A DNA stretch of 63,394 nt, filler included, from Craspedostauros australis (GCA_030167865.1; 16 parts of 16 records of this genome joined end to end with filler, not necessarily neighbours in it), one strand, 5' to 3'; shown: positions 34,890 through 47,317, numbered from the whole stretch's first letter. Numbers and translations: made by a program. Notes: generated from the sequence alone by a model not told the origin.

Positions 34890-34989
34890 NNNNNNNNNNN
34901 NNNNNNNNNNNNNNNNNNNNNNNNNNNNNNNNNTTAATTAATTAANNNNNNNNNNNNNNNNNNNNNNNNNNNNNNNNNNNNNNNNNNNN

Positions 34990-35957
34990 AGTGTTGGCAT
35001 GATGGTTGGAGATGAAGTGTTGCTAAATCCCACCTGGTCGTCTGTTTCGTTGTCTCCGACGGCACTGCCATTACCAGCATCTGTGCCCGCGCCTGTGGCA
35101 AGGATGACAGCTACGACAATTCCGATTGTGCTGAGTAAACAGATGGCAATTGCCACCATCTGCAATTGCCGGCGCTTGCGTTGAGCGACTGCAGCATTGC
35201 TGTCTGACTCGTCGTTGTTCTCGTGGAGGTTTTCACTTCGTCCGTCGGCGAGCATGGTGTTCTCCATATCCACGGCCTTCCCGTCGCTCGCCACCACGAT
35301 GGCAGTTTGAAGGTGAGTGTAATCGTACGACACCCTCGCACTCTGTTGTTGGATTCGAAGCTCTTGCGTGATTTCGTCCTTGAGACCTTCCCGAACCTGA
35401 TCAACGCAAGGCGCCAGCGTCGCCATGATCGGAGCCTTTTGATTTGGATCCGTTGCATCCTGTTGCAGGTCCAAGCCAGGGCTGCTATCGACGCGTCCGT
35501 TGCTGTCGCGATTGGTATTCTCAGAAGCATCGTACGCACCAGAAAGATCATCGGCGATCGTTGTTTGGTCACTGAAAAGGTCTCCCAGGCGGACTTCGCT
35601 GACAGAGCCGAATTGAATGTAAGAAGATTCTGAAGATGAGCTATCATGCGACTGGCGCCTTTTCTCAGCGGTACTTTGGATGGGTGAGTCACTTCCATGG
35701 GAAGCATCATCGTCGGAGGATATTTTGTGTTGATTTCGCTGAGGTCGATCAAGCTTGGCTTCGTGTCTCTGTTTTCTGTCGTCGGTTGTTTGTTGATGAG
35801 ACGCACGTTGCGTTTTCGAGGCGTCTTCCTTTTGGAGGTGAGATTGGATTTGGTTGAAGCGATCGGTTTGCGTGACCTGCTTCCGAGGACGGGTGCGGGA
35901 AGATCGCACCTTGCGGTCAATGCTTTGCATGTCACTGCTGCGTCGTCGTCGTTGCAA
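34990..35957 (-). CDS. N-terminal part of a type II membrane protein (disordered cytosolic region, TM helix, start of P/T/S stalk), likely LRR-receptor-like family; truncated by gap
   Basis: KRRQLQMVAIAICLLSTIGIVVAVILA TM segment followed by SSPTIMPT; same layout as the gene at 37402. Start codon uncertain. Confidence 0.55.
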
Positions 35958-37401
35958 CCGGGTGGTCGAATTTGCTTGGGAGAAGCTGGATCGGAGGCTT
36001 GCTGTTGAGTAGCGACGGCCGTTGATTGACAGCGGCCGTGCACTGTGGACGGAATGATTGCGATCGTGACTGCGACCTCGGTTGGGGGGCTGAGAAGGCT
36101 CTGGATCGATGTGAGTGTCAGCGCGATTGCCGACATGGAAACNNNNNNNNNNNNNNNNNNNNNNNNNNNNNNNNNNNNNNNNNNNNTTAATTAATTAANN
36201 NNNNNNNNNNNNNNNNNNNNNNNNNNNNNNNNNNNNNNNNNNCAAGGAAATAGAGGTGGAGAGGGGACAGGTGTGATGCCATCAGATGATGATGGGTGTT
36301 CGACAACAACGCAAACCTCTGTTGCTCGGTTTTGTGGGTTGCGACCAGTCACGCCACTGGCCACTNNNNNNNNNNNNNNNNNNNNNNNNNNNNNNNNNNN
36401 NNNNNNNNNNNNNNNNNNNNCAAACACGAGTCATTCTGGCCAGAAAAACAGCAAAAACTCTACAACTAGTGCTATCGGTTTGCCGAGTGAGTGAGGTGGA
36501 AGGTATAATCTCACACTTGGTTGATGAGACAGCTGAAGGTGAGCCTGGTCGTTGTCGGGGTGAGATACACAGCAAATCGAATACATCATACCACTTTCTT
36601 CGGAAATCGTTCTCTTCGTCACTGACATGGTGGTAGACCACATGTTGGGTCATCGACGCAACGCTCAGAAGGAGCCTTTGGAGGTCGCTGGTGGACACGA
36701 TTCGAGTGTACAGAAGAGAAGTGTGTACTCGCATGGTTGGCATTGCCCTCCGACCTCCCTCTTCCGCTACCCGTACTGGACCCATCGCCTTCTGAGGGTG
36801 CGACCTAGCATGCGATCACGGGAGCGGATGTGTCTGCCTTTGCTTCTGTTTTTCTGTCCGCATCGAAGACTCATGCCCCGATGTGTCGTCGGTAGTCCGC
36901 GCTCTGTCCATCACGCCTTCCGAGGGTGCGACCTTGCATGCGATCATAGGAGCGGATGAGTACCACCTTCTTGGCTATTCCGTTTGTGTGCGTGATAGTA
37001 AAGAACATCCGCGAAGCTAGAAGGCTGATTGCAGGCACGCGCGGCAGACATCATCGAAAAAATAATATGTGCGGAACAAGTACATCCGGGTGCTGCGAGC
37101 AAGATACTCAACAGATACGAACACGTGGCAACGTCCAACCAACAGCTTTTCATGTTGGACTTTGGCGGCGCTGGTGCGTCCAACCTTCCAGCAACGGGGA
37201 GAAGCACGAGCCATCACAAACGGCCATGTTGTGTGCAACAGAAAAACAAAGAGAGAGAGAGAGAGGACTTGGTTGTTGTTCCAAACAACACAACGAGAGC
37301 ATGTCAACAACAACAACGAAGCCCGAGACGAAACAACATCAAATGAACTCCCAATCCAGCCATTGATCACTCCGCCAAACAATTTGCATACTCCATCAAG
37401 C

Positions 37402-38985
37402 ATGAGTGCCGATGAAGAATTCCCAGAAGTGGAAGGCAATGTCTTCTCTACCCGTCTCCGCGTCGCGGACGGCGAAGATTCGCAAGAAACGCAACAACAG
37501 AACCGGCGATGGCGATGCTTCATCTTTTTGGCTGTCGTTTGTGGTCTCGGTATAGTGGCAGCTGTGGCAGCTGTGGTAGCTGACGTTGCCACAAGCAACA
37601 GAACAGGTGGTGGAACTGATGATACTGGTGCACCATCCAAAGCCAAAGTGACACCTTCGCCGACACCCATGTTGAGCCCTCAGCCGTCTGGGACCCCGAC
37701 GGCACCATTCCCGTCATCGATACCCTCGTCCACACCACGTTCGAATTCGACTTCAGATCCAACCTCAAGTCCGACGTCAAATCCAACAGCAACGCCGACT
37801 GGCACACCATCCAAGGCCGAAGTGATACCCTCACCAACGCCCATGTTGAGCCCTCAGCCATCTGGGACCCCAACATCGCCATTGCCGTCATCGATGCCCT
37901 CGTCCACACCAAGTTCGAATCCGACTTCAGATCCAACCTCAAGTCCGACATCAAATCCAACAGCAACGCCGACTGGCACACCATCCAAGGCTGAAGTGAC
38001 CCCTTCACCGACGCCCATGTTGAGCTCTCAACCGTCTTGGACCCCAACATCGCCATTGCCGTCATCGATGCCCTCGTCCACACAAAGTTCGAATCTGACT
38101 TCAGATCCAACTTACGCCTTTGATCAATCGAATGCTTTCTTCACCATTTGGGAGGTGCTCGCGCCTGTACTCCAAGAAGAGCCTACTTTCATCGATGCAG
38201 CCATACTCGCCAGCAAAACCAGTACCGCGCATCGAACGCTGGACTGGATGGCAAACAGCAACCACCAATACCTCACATCAATGATCGCGGAAGATGTACA
38301 AGCCAATACCATGAGCCTGCTGGAGTACTATGCAGTAGTGAGCATATACTTTTCACTCGATGGAGCCAATTGGATCGACAATATGGGCTTTCTATCAGAT
38401 GCTGACCTGTGCGACTGGCACTCTTCCTCCGGTGGTGTGACATGCGATAATGGCCATGTGGTACAAGTAGCTATGGGTGACGAAGGCATGCGGGGCACAC
38501 TCGATCCAGCCCTGTATCATCTCTCGCAACTTGAGAAATGGTCAATGAAAATGGATTACTTCTCTCGTGGACAGATCGATGGTATCACCTTCAGTCATAT
38601 TGGCATGTTGAGTATGCTATCAGAGCTAACTCTAGACTATATGGGACTGCGAGGTGCGTTTCCGTCAGAATTGTATCAACTGACACAATTGACACATCTG
38701 GACCTGGCTTTCAACGACTTCACTGGGCAGCTTCCATCTAAAATTGGCCAACTGACAGCGCTAACCTTTCTTCGTCTAAAATGGACCGACTTCACTGGAC
38801 AATTTCCATCCGAGAGTGGTCAGCTGACAGTGCTCACCCATCTTGATCTAGGATGGACCGACTTCACTGGACAGCTTCCGTCCGAGATTGGTCAACTGAC
38901 AGCCCTCACTTGTCTTGATCTAGCAGGGAGCAGATTCACTCGACCACTTCCAACTCAGCTTGGTCTCCTCACATCATTGAACTAA
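37402..38985 (+). CDS. Diatom-type membrane-anchored LRR receptor-like protein
   Basis: ATG at 37402 (MSADEEF); TM after RRWR; P/S/T stalk; cap EYYAVVSIYFSLDGANW...LCDW..GVTC; plant-specific-like LRRs (LT.LDL..N.FTGQLPSEIGQL). Confidence 0.85.
   Translation: MSADEEFPEVEGNVFSTRLRVADGEDSQETQQQNRRWRCFIFLAVVCGLGIVAAVAAVVADVATSNRTGGGTDDTGAPSKAKVTPSPTPMLSPQPSGTPTAPFPSSIPSSTPRSNSTSDPTSSPTSNPTATPTGTPSKAEVIPSPTPMLSPQPSGTPTSPLPSSMPSSTPSSNPTSDPTSSPTSNPTATPTGTPSKAEVTPSPTPMLSSQPSWTPTSPLPSSMPSSTQSSNLTSDPTYAFDQSNAFFTIWEVLAPVLQEEPTFIDAAILASKTSTAHRTLDWMANSNHQYLTSMIAEDVQANTMSLLEYYAVVSIYFSLDGANWIDNMGFLSDADLCDWHSSSGGVTCDNGHVVQVAMGDEGMRGTLDPALYHLSQLEKWSMKMDYFSRGQIDGITFSHIGMLSMLSELTLDYMGLRGAFPSELYQLTQLTHLDLAFNDFTGQLPSKIGQLTALTFLRLKWTDFTGQFPSESGQLTVLTHLDLGWTDFTGQLPSEIGQLTALTCLDLAGSRFTRPLPTQLGLLTSLN
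37627..38112 (+). repeat. 174-bp coding tandem repeat x~2.8 (58-aa P/S/T stalk unit)
   Basis: Units start at 37627, 37801, 37975. Confidence 0.9.
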
Positions 38986-39244
38986 CCAGGATTCCCAGAA
39001 TCTAATTCACTCCAAATGTCCCAACACAACTGGCCAAACTTATGGACTGTTTAGGGTAAATTGGAAATGATGTGCTGTTGAGATGTAGCATCAAGAGCAG
39101 TTACTAAAATTGGTGGCCTCCTTGTTTGCGACTAAACACTGATCTAGTTGATTTGAACACAACTCATCACCCACAAACCGTGACAGCTGGCATGGTTGTA
39201 TCCTACATTCTTTCGAAATATTCTGACAGGCTTGGGTGCTCAGG

Positions 39245-39649
39245 TGTTGGCAAGTTCCGCTCACGGTAACCTACGATCGCGGGTGACGATGTTGGTTGAT
39301 AGTCGTTCGTTTGCTATTTCATTATGTTGGCACTCCGATCCTCTCGGTGTCCGTTCTCTTGCCCGATTCTCTTGGTGCATTTGACTGTTTCTGTTGGCAA
39401 GTTCCGCTCACGGTAACCTACGATTGTGGAAGATGGTGTTGGTTGATAGTCGTCTGTTTGCTATTTCATTAGTTGGCTACTCCGATCCTCTTGGTGTACG
39501 CCCATTCTCTTGTCCGATGCTCTCGGTGCTTCAATCTGTTTCGTAGATTCAGTCTCCGACTATGAGTTGGTACGCGAGATGCTCTCTCGCTCCTCTCTGT
39601 ATTCTCTCTCTCTCTCTCTCTCAACATCGTGTGCTTGTGCTACACGATA
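39245..39649 (+). repeat. Unclassified dispersed repeat copy 2, left part, with internal 147-bp tandem duplication (39245/39392)
   Basis: Matches 30034 onward; interrupted by the retroelement at 39650. Confidence 0.85.
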
Positions 39650-42339
39650 ATAATAATAATAACGCACTGATTATCCCCTCTTCAGAGGGTTGCCTCGAAA
39701 GCTTTAACGTCGCCGGCGTACAGCAAGCCCATACGGGCCGACTGCGCACAAACGACCTACCTAGGTCTCTCACTCCTGGGCCTACCGCTGGTTGCCACTC
39801 CACCGGGCCATAGAACATACCGCACTGGGCATTCGGAATCCTCCGCTATGCACTTCACTCTCTTTTTGTCTTCACCACCAAGGGTTTCCTGCCCCCTGCT
39901 GCACTCTGTGCTACGGCCTGGCGCGTTTCGCCCTCCTGGCTGCTGTTGTTGTTGGGTTGGATCGTTTCCGTCGTCGTCGTGCGCTGGCTGCCCGCGCCGC
40001 CTGCACGTGCTTTACCCACATGATCTGGTTAGCCGCCGACTGCCGCCGTACCTCTATTTCTGAGGTGAGCGTTAGCAAGCGGGCGTCATCTCCTGTAAGG
40101 TGCCTCACACCTTTTCTCCACTCTTTCCGCACCGCTGTCGCTGCTTCTTGTGCGGCCTTCGCTGCCGCTATCCCTGCTTCGCTTTCATGCAGCACCTTAT
40201 TCCTGGCCTCCCACGCCTTTCACCTCACTTCCCACAGCCCAACCATGGCTCTCGCGATCCAATTTGCCGAAGTCCCTGGCTACTCGTGGAGTTCCATCGT
40301 CTGCTCCTGCATTGATCCCCATCGCTTGGACCAGCGCCCTCTTACCATCATATTCCATCCGATGCCATCTTGCTCTACTACTGCTTTGCTCAACTGTGGC
40401 CCTGTTTCCGTGCTCAACTTCCGACCATCGCACCACGCGTCTATCTGTCGGACCAGCTCGCGCACCATGAGTCCACTTCCCCGCCCTGCCAACATACTCA
40501 TTTCCCATTCCTTCATCGCCGCTCGGCGCACCGTTACTGCTGCCGGGTGTTGGCATTGCATAATGTGATCCGTCGTTTCCTCACATTGCTTGCATACCGG
40601 GCACTGACCGTCCGTCCAGAATTTCCACTTGTGCATGTTGCGGCCCACCGGTCCGAAGCTGCACGCATGCTTCGCTACCCATTTTCGTCGCGCCGGTCCA
40701 ATTCGTCCCATTGCCAGCCGCGCCGCTACGATGCCCACTTTCGACTCCTGTTCCTTGAGTATCCTACCCACACCTCGCTGCCATGCCGTGGTACGTTGCC
40801 CCTGCACGTAATTGCGGAGCTCGTCGGTTAGATTTGTGCATGCCTTCCGCCTTCCCAGCCATACTGACCACTCCTTCGAATCCCATTCACTGTCTTCGCA
40901 CCCCGCATCCGCTGACTGCGCAGCACCTGCGCGTTTGTCGACTTCATCGTTCCAATACGCAAATTCGTCGCGCACAACGCCCCTATTGCGTTCCAGCTGA
41001 TGACCATATACGTGCCAATATTCTAGCTTCACTGGCAATCGCCGTTGCAAGCTTCGTATCTCTCGCAGTATGTCGAAGTGCTGGACCGCAGTACCGACAT
41101 CCTGTGTATATTGTACTGCGTGGATGCCTGCCATTTTGTTGTCGCACGCCACCACAATTGTCTGTCCCGTGATGTCTCGTCGTTTCGGGCTTCGTCGAAT
41201 AATGCTCTCCACTTTCCTCAGGGCCTGGAGGATTCCGCCGATTTCTGCCCGATAGGCACTTTGCACCTGTGCTCGCCCTTGCACTGCTGCCGCCGCTGAT
41301 ACCCACCCTTTCCGTCTTCCTCGCTGGTTGAGAGAATACGCTGCCGTACTTCTGCCGTTTTTGAACGAACCGTCTGTACTCACAACTGCTTCTCCCTTGA
41401 TCACCGCTTCCAGCCATTGCTCTTCTGCTTGTTTCAGCTTAGCATTGGTCCTGTCGTTCGTCCGTTGGACTCGGCCTCCTATGCCTACCACCCGTAGCTC
41501 TTGTCGTTCTTCTCGCACGAACACTGCTCGCCCTCCTTCTGGTGGTTCTGTCGATTGCTTCTGTCGGCGTTTGTACCGTTCCATTCCTGGGACCATGCCC
41601 TCGTGCCCTTGCCATTCTACCCAGCTGGACTGGCTCTCTCGTGTCCACAACGTCAGCCCGTCCTCGGCTCGCACCGCGCTGGCGTGCTGAATATCCCAAT
41701 CGTCGCTGTGCGCCGCCGTCCTGGCTACCTTCGCCAAAGCCTGTTTCCATAACGCCCAGTCTTTTCCCGGCAACGGCCCCTGTCTTGGCCATCTGATGTG
41801 ACTTCTCCCTTTCCACTCCCCACTTTCATCGCTTGGGCTTCCTGCTACCACACGCCTGCTTCGTGCCTCGATCACATCTGCCACGCTTACTGCCTTCATC
41901 GCTACTCGGCATCTGTTCAGTCTGATTCTTTGCTCTTTGCTGTACTTTGCTTTAGTCAGCGCCACCATCAGCCACTCATCGTTCTCATGTAATAGCCCTG
42001 CTGTTTCCGTTTTCTCCTTCAGCCTGATATTGCATTCATACATCTCGCGCCAGACTGTTTTGATCCAACAGTCTGTGGCCAGAAATGCCCACTTGCTGAA
42101 GTTGATTTCGAACATCGACTCGCCCACTCCGACTTCGGTTTTCATCGCTTGAATGCTTCCTCTCAACAATCGTCCGGTCATAGTGTCACGACTTCCATGT
42201 TCCAGCACCATTTTCACATGCTCAGCTACCTGTGTTGTATGTAGCTCATGGATGTTGGCTCCCAACCACTCGTGTGACGCATACGCCATCGCCCTCGGGA
42301 ATCCTTTGTTGAAGCCAATTTTTGACATCATCGTTGCTC
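39650..42339 (-). mobile_element. 5'-truncated, decayed Ambal-like non-LTR retrotransposon (post-RT region, RNase H, CCHC)
   Basis: 13-bp TSD gtgctacacgata at 39637-39649 and 42340-42352; (TAA)5 at 39648-39662; STDGSFK, YRAEIGG, VACDN, HVYGHQ, CPVC..ETTDHIMQC; in-frame stop at 40280 and a second ~60 nt further on. Confidence 0.9.
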
Positions 42340-42352
42340 GTGCTACACGATA

Positions 42353-42753
42353 CTCCATGTTTGATGCGTACTCTGTATTCGACACTCCATTCATTCAGTA
42401 CTGGCTCCTACTCCATGAGTACTTACCATTTGAAGTTCACCTTCTGTATCCATGATGCTGATGCCCTTCGGTCATCGGATCTTCACCTCCTGCTCTGACT
42501 TGGAGACAGAGGTCGACGTGGTGACACGATGACATCCTGTCGACGTCAGTAGGCGTCCTTCTGCTCTCCAGATGTCACGTTCCATTGGTGATGCAGTAGT
42601 CTGTCAGATGATATCGTCATCTGAGGTTTAGTTGGGAAGTACCTCGAGATTCTCTTGGCACCATTGATGGATGGACGGACGATCTTCCAATTCTCTCAGA
42701 AATCGTTGATTGCAAATTTCCTCCAGAAATCTTGCTCCTTTTCGTGTGTTCCA
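42353..42753 (+). repeat. Unclassified dispersed repeat copy 2, right part
   Basis: Resumes collinearity with ~30280-30710 right after the TSD. Confidence 0.85.
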
Positions 42754-42853
42754 NNNNNNNNNNNNNNNNNNNNNNNNNNNNNNNNNNNNNNNNNNNNTTA
42801 ATTAATTAANNNNNNNNNNNNNNNNNNNNNNNNNNNNNNNNNNNNNNNNNNNN

Positions 42854-43174
42854 CGAGGGGAATCTCCTGTGGTGTCCTGTTTGACAATGCGTGTGGGTTG
42901 TGTAGCCCGAGTACCGTGGGTCGAGATCCGTCGTCTGAGTTCTGTGAGAGACAATGGGCGATGATGCCCGTTGTTGTGGCTTTGGTTCCGTGCGTCGGCG
43001 TTTTGGCGATGGCGGGTGTCAGAAACTTGGTTATCGGAACCCCANNNNNNNNNNNNNNNNNNNNNNGAAGATCCGCTTCAAGGTTCTGGATCTGTCTCCA
43101 AACGTGGGGTTCGGCGAAGTGTCCGTTCGATCTACTGGAATGCTGACGAGTCGGATGATTCGTAGTCTCTCTCA
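42854..43174. mobile_element. Possible LTR end interrupting the adjacent gene
   Basis: Ends ...gtctctctCA exactly where coding-like sequence begins; near-inverted tgtgagagac at 42943; no TSD found. Confidence 0.3.
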
Positions 43175-43759
43175 CTAAGGTGGTTACTAGTTTAGCTCTA
43201 TTACAGCCGAAAGCGACGGAAGTACTACCGCCGCTCGAATCAACACATACGAATCATGAGAGGATTCATCGAAACCAAGGGTGGAACCTCTCTCCATCGG
43301 TACATGATCATGCAAGCAGATGCCATGGCGGCTTCTGGAAAGGAATCAGAAGAGGCTGTAAAGGCAGCTTACGACAAGGCTATCTCGTTCTCTGCTCGCT
43401 CTGGTCATATCCATGAGACAGCGCTGGCAAATGAGCTTGCCGCCGAATATTTTCTGAATAATCAACCGCCGATCAAGGCTGCGCGCGAGTCAAAACCCGG
43501 TGATAGCAACCACAGCGCAAAGATTGAGATGGGGAAAGCAAGCAGCACGGGCGAAGACGATATAGAGTCTTACTGGCCACGACTGTATCTGGGAAATGCC
43601 ATCTCGCTGTACAACGAGTGGGGAGCAAAGGCAAAGGTGGAGCACTTACTAGCTGCAGAGAATGTAAAATGGGGTCACGATAGCACTGGTTGTAGAGTTT
43701 TGGCCCCTTGTTGCCACTGGTTTGCTTGCTTTTGGGAGCAACGGCGATTGTACATTTAG
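43175..43759 (+). pseudogene. C-terminal fragment of STAND/AAA-ATPase-associated TPR-like protein
   Basis: YDKAI..SARSG.IH..ALANELAA and AI.LY.EWGA.AKV match the ORF ending at 56590; frameshift near 43210 and no upstream part. Confidence 0.65.
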
Positions 43760-44204
43760 AGCTATTTCGTGTTGTTTCTCCATGATCCGTCTTCTACGTC
43801 ACAGGACGGATTCGACGTCATGCGAAACCACTCACAACACAAGATGNNNNNNNNNNNNNNNNNNNNNNNNNNNNNNNNNNNNNNNNNNNNNNNNNNNNNN
43901 NNNNNNNNNNNNNNNNNNNNNGCAACACACGCGGACCGTGCCACAACACAACGTGACGGCTCCGCGACACAACACACCGATCGTGTGGCGACGCGCACCA
44001 ACCGCGACACAAAAATTACAGTCCTCGTCACAAAAAAAAACTCAAACACAACACATCACACCACAATCCTCCATGCCATCAAGCAGACGATGTGCACACA
44101 ACCANNNNNNNNNNNNNNNNNNNNNNNNNNNNNNNNNNNNNNNNNNNNTTAATTAATTAANNNNNNNNNNNNNNNNNNNNNNNNNNNNNNNNNNNNNNNN
44201 NNNN

Positions 44205-45716
44205 AAGGTCCACAACGCCAAGCACTCTGGCACCAATTCTGGTGCACATTCGTGGAGCAAGGACAAAGACTATTCAAAGGATCCTCGTCCCCGTGTCCCT
44301 CATGATGAGTGGATGAAGATGGACAAGAGCCAACGCCAAGCATTCCTCCAAGCAAAGGGGAAGTGGGATCCCAACCGTGCCAAAGGCGGCCGCAATCGCT
44401 CTGTCAACAAGNNNNNNNNNNNNNNNNNNNNNNNNNNNNNNNNNNNNNNNNNNNNNNNNNNNNNNNNNNNNNNNNNNNNNNNNNNNNNNNNNNNNNNNNN
44501 NNNNNNNNNNNNNNNNNNNNNNNNNNNNNNNNNNNNNNNNNNNNNNNNNNNNNNNGTGCCTGTCCTGTCCTACAAGGGGCAAACCTGGCGTCTCGCCAAC
44601 CAAGCCGTGATTCGCTACGAATTTCACAAGGCATCCAAGGAACTGCACGGATCTCTTGTCGACAGTGGAGCCAATGGTGGTCTTGCTGGGGATGATGTCG
44701 TGGTGCTGTGCAAGACTGGACACACCGCTGATGTCAACGGCATCGGAGATTCAGCCATCGGCAACCTTGAGATTGGTTCTGTTGCTGGACTCGTCCAGAC
44801 CACCGACGGACCAATCATCGCCGTATTCCATCAATACGCGCTGTACGGGAAGCACAAGACAATTCATTCCGCCAATCAGCTCGCCTCCTTCGGNNTGGAT
44901 GTCAATGAACGTCCCCGTGATCTGCCTGGTGGCCGACAGACCATCGTGACCCCTGGNGGTCATGTGATTCCNTTGTCAATCCGCCAAGGCTTGTCGTACA
45001 TGGACATGCGTCCTCCGACTCGTGCCCAACTCGATCAGCTCCCTCACGTCGACTTCACAGCCGATGATGAATGGGATCCTTCCTCACTTGACCATGAGCT
45101 TGATGTCACCGACGTCGCTCCACAAGATCCAGAAACTCCATCGGATGATCGCAGCCATGCCATCGATGTCTTCGTCGTCGACCAACACCCATCTGCGGAC
45201 GACTCCATCGTCCCGACAGGCGGCATCCAACAACGCCCCTCGCCTATCAACTACGAGGCACTCCGTCCGCACTTCGGGTGGATCCCTGCTCGTCGTGTGC
45301 GAGACACTCTTCGCTGCACATCGCAATGGTACCGCACCGCAGAGAGGTTCTCAATGCGGAAGCACTTCAAGACCCGCTTTCCGGCAGCCAACGTCGATCG
45401 TTTGCATGAGGTGGTGGCCATGGACACCCTGTTCTCGGACACCCCTGCACATGACGATGGCGTGCCTGGACACGGCGGGTGCACCATGATTCAAGTCTAN
45501 NNNGCTCTCCAATCCAGATTCACCGCAGGCTTTCCCATGTCCTCGGAGAAGCAGGTCGCCAGCACGTTGTTGGATTTCATCCGACGTCACGGCGCGCCTG
45601 ACTTACTCATGTCGGACAACGCGAGGTCCGAAGTCGGTTCCAAGGTCCAGGAGATTCTTCGACAGTATGCTGTCAAGGACCATCAGAGCGAGCCGGAGCA
45701 TCAGCACCAGAATGGT
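44205..45716 (+). mobile_element. Ty1/copia (CoDi-like) LTR retrotransposon pol fragment: protease and integrase
   Basis: LVDSGANGG protease motif, WDPS, LRPHFGW, KTRFPAANV.RL.E.VA.DT.FSD, GAP..L.SDNA, SEP.HQHQN; protease-then-integrase order. Confidence 0.88.
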
Positions 45717-45816
45717 NNNNNNNNNNNNNNNNNNNNNNNNNNNNNNNNNNNNNNNNNNNNTTAATTAATTAANNNNNNNNNNNNNNNNNNNNNNNNNNNN
45801 NNNNNNNNNNNNNNNN

Positions 45817-47217
45817 ACTTCGCACAGCATACGCCACTCATCAAGGAGGCAAGGCGTACATCGACGACTTCCAAGACAGTAACACGAAGAGCAACGACAC
45901 CAGCTTCACAAGCACCGGTAACTTCAAGGGTGCTTGTCACAACTGTGGCGTGTATGGCCATAGATCCGCCGATTGCCCAGAACGCAAGAAATCGAACAAC
46001 AAGAAAAACAACAACANNNNNNNNNNNNNNNNNNNNNNNNNNNNNNNNNNNNNNNNNNNNNNNNNNNNNNNNNNNNNNNNNNNNNNNNNNNNNNNNNNNN
46101 NNNNNNNNNNNNNNNNNCGCGAGGCGGAGTGCCGAAAGAAGAAGTTCAACGAGAAGAAGAAGGCCGACGAACAGGCCAACACAGCAACACAAGGACACGA
46201 CAAGAGCAGACACGAGATGGTACTCTCTGCGAAAGACATGACGCTCTGCATGTTGGTGTCCAACGACTACATCGAAGACTCCTTCTTCGATAACTTCGAG
46301 TACGTTGGGAGTAACGACGAAGTGCAGGACGATGAGATCGTCCCGGAGTGGCTCAGCGAGGAGCCAATCATCCACGAGGTGGATCCAAGACGCGAAGTGA
46401 GCTACGAATGCTGCTTCAACGCGCACGACCTGATNNGTTCATACGGCGACGAAGCTGAGATGGACAACGAGGCCAACGATAGCGACATCGAAGAGGCCAT
46501 GAGCGATGACGACGACGACGCCGACGAGGCGGACCGCGGTGCGGCGCCTCCTCCTCCAGCGGCGGGGATCAACAGATCGGGCATCTTCGACGAGGATGAC
46601 AGCGACGAATCCGAGGACGGCAATCATCCAGATGACAACTTCAATCCAAACGAGCGTGTCATCTACCCAGGGAATATCGACTTCCCACCTATTGAGGATC
46701 CCAACAGCGTCGATTACCTCCTCCGTCACAGCACCATCCCGAATGCAACAGCAACAGCATTGATAATCCAAAAGCAGCTCATCTTTGACGCCGTAATGGA
46801 AGCGGGGATGCGAATGTTCCCAAGAACCACACGAGGAGCACTCATGCCAATATGGGTGAACATGATGGGATCCATCCTATCCGAGCACTTCGAATCAATC
46901 GAAGAGATCCTNGNCAATGCGATCATCATCAACCGCATANTGGAAGCGAACAACTCGGAAACGATCCCAGAGACGGATCTGCATTACATCCTTGGAGGAT
47001 GCATGCGCGTGCTCTTACGCGAGCGACCACGCGTCTACCCATACGATCCAGCCACAGGATCGCATCGGAACAGTACGATTCCATCGGATTATGCACAACT
47101 ACCCGATGACATGGACGATGAGGACCATCGCAATCCATACAACGAAGATGGAGTCCACGAAGACGACGATGACGGCAGCTTCAACGACGAGATAGCTGCG
47201 GCAGCTGTGGAGCAACT
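45817..47217 (+). mobile_element. Copia-like gag fragment with CCHC zinc knuckle(s) followed by a long acidic region
   Basis: FKGACHNCGVYGHRSADC (CX2CX4HX4C) and the tail of a probable second knuckle (REAECRKK); open frame across the contig. Confidence 0.65.
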
Positions 47218-47317
47218 NNNNNNNNNNNNNNNNNNNNNNNNNNNNNNNNNNNNNNNNNNNNTTAATTAATTAANNNNNNNNNNNNNNNNNNNNNNNNNNN
47301 NNNNNNNNNNNNNNNNN

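Noticed and set aside
42340..42394. N-terminal MNGVSNTEYASNMEYRVA of the 704-aa ORF as a real start
   Set aside because: Lies in the TSD and host repeat outside the truncated element; chance in-frame fusion.
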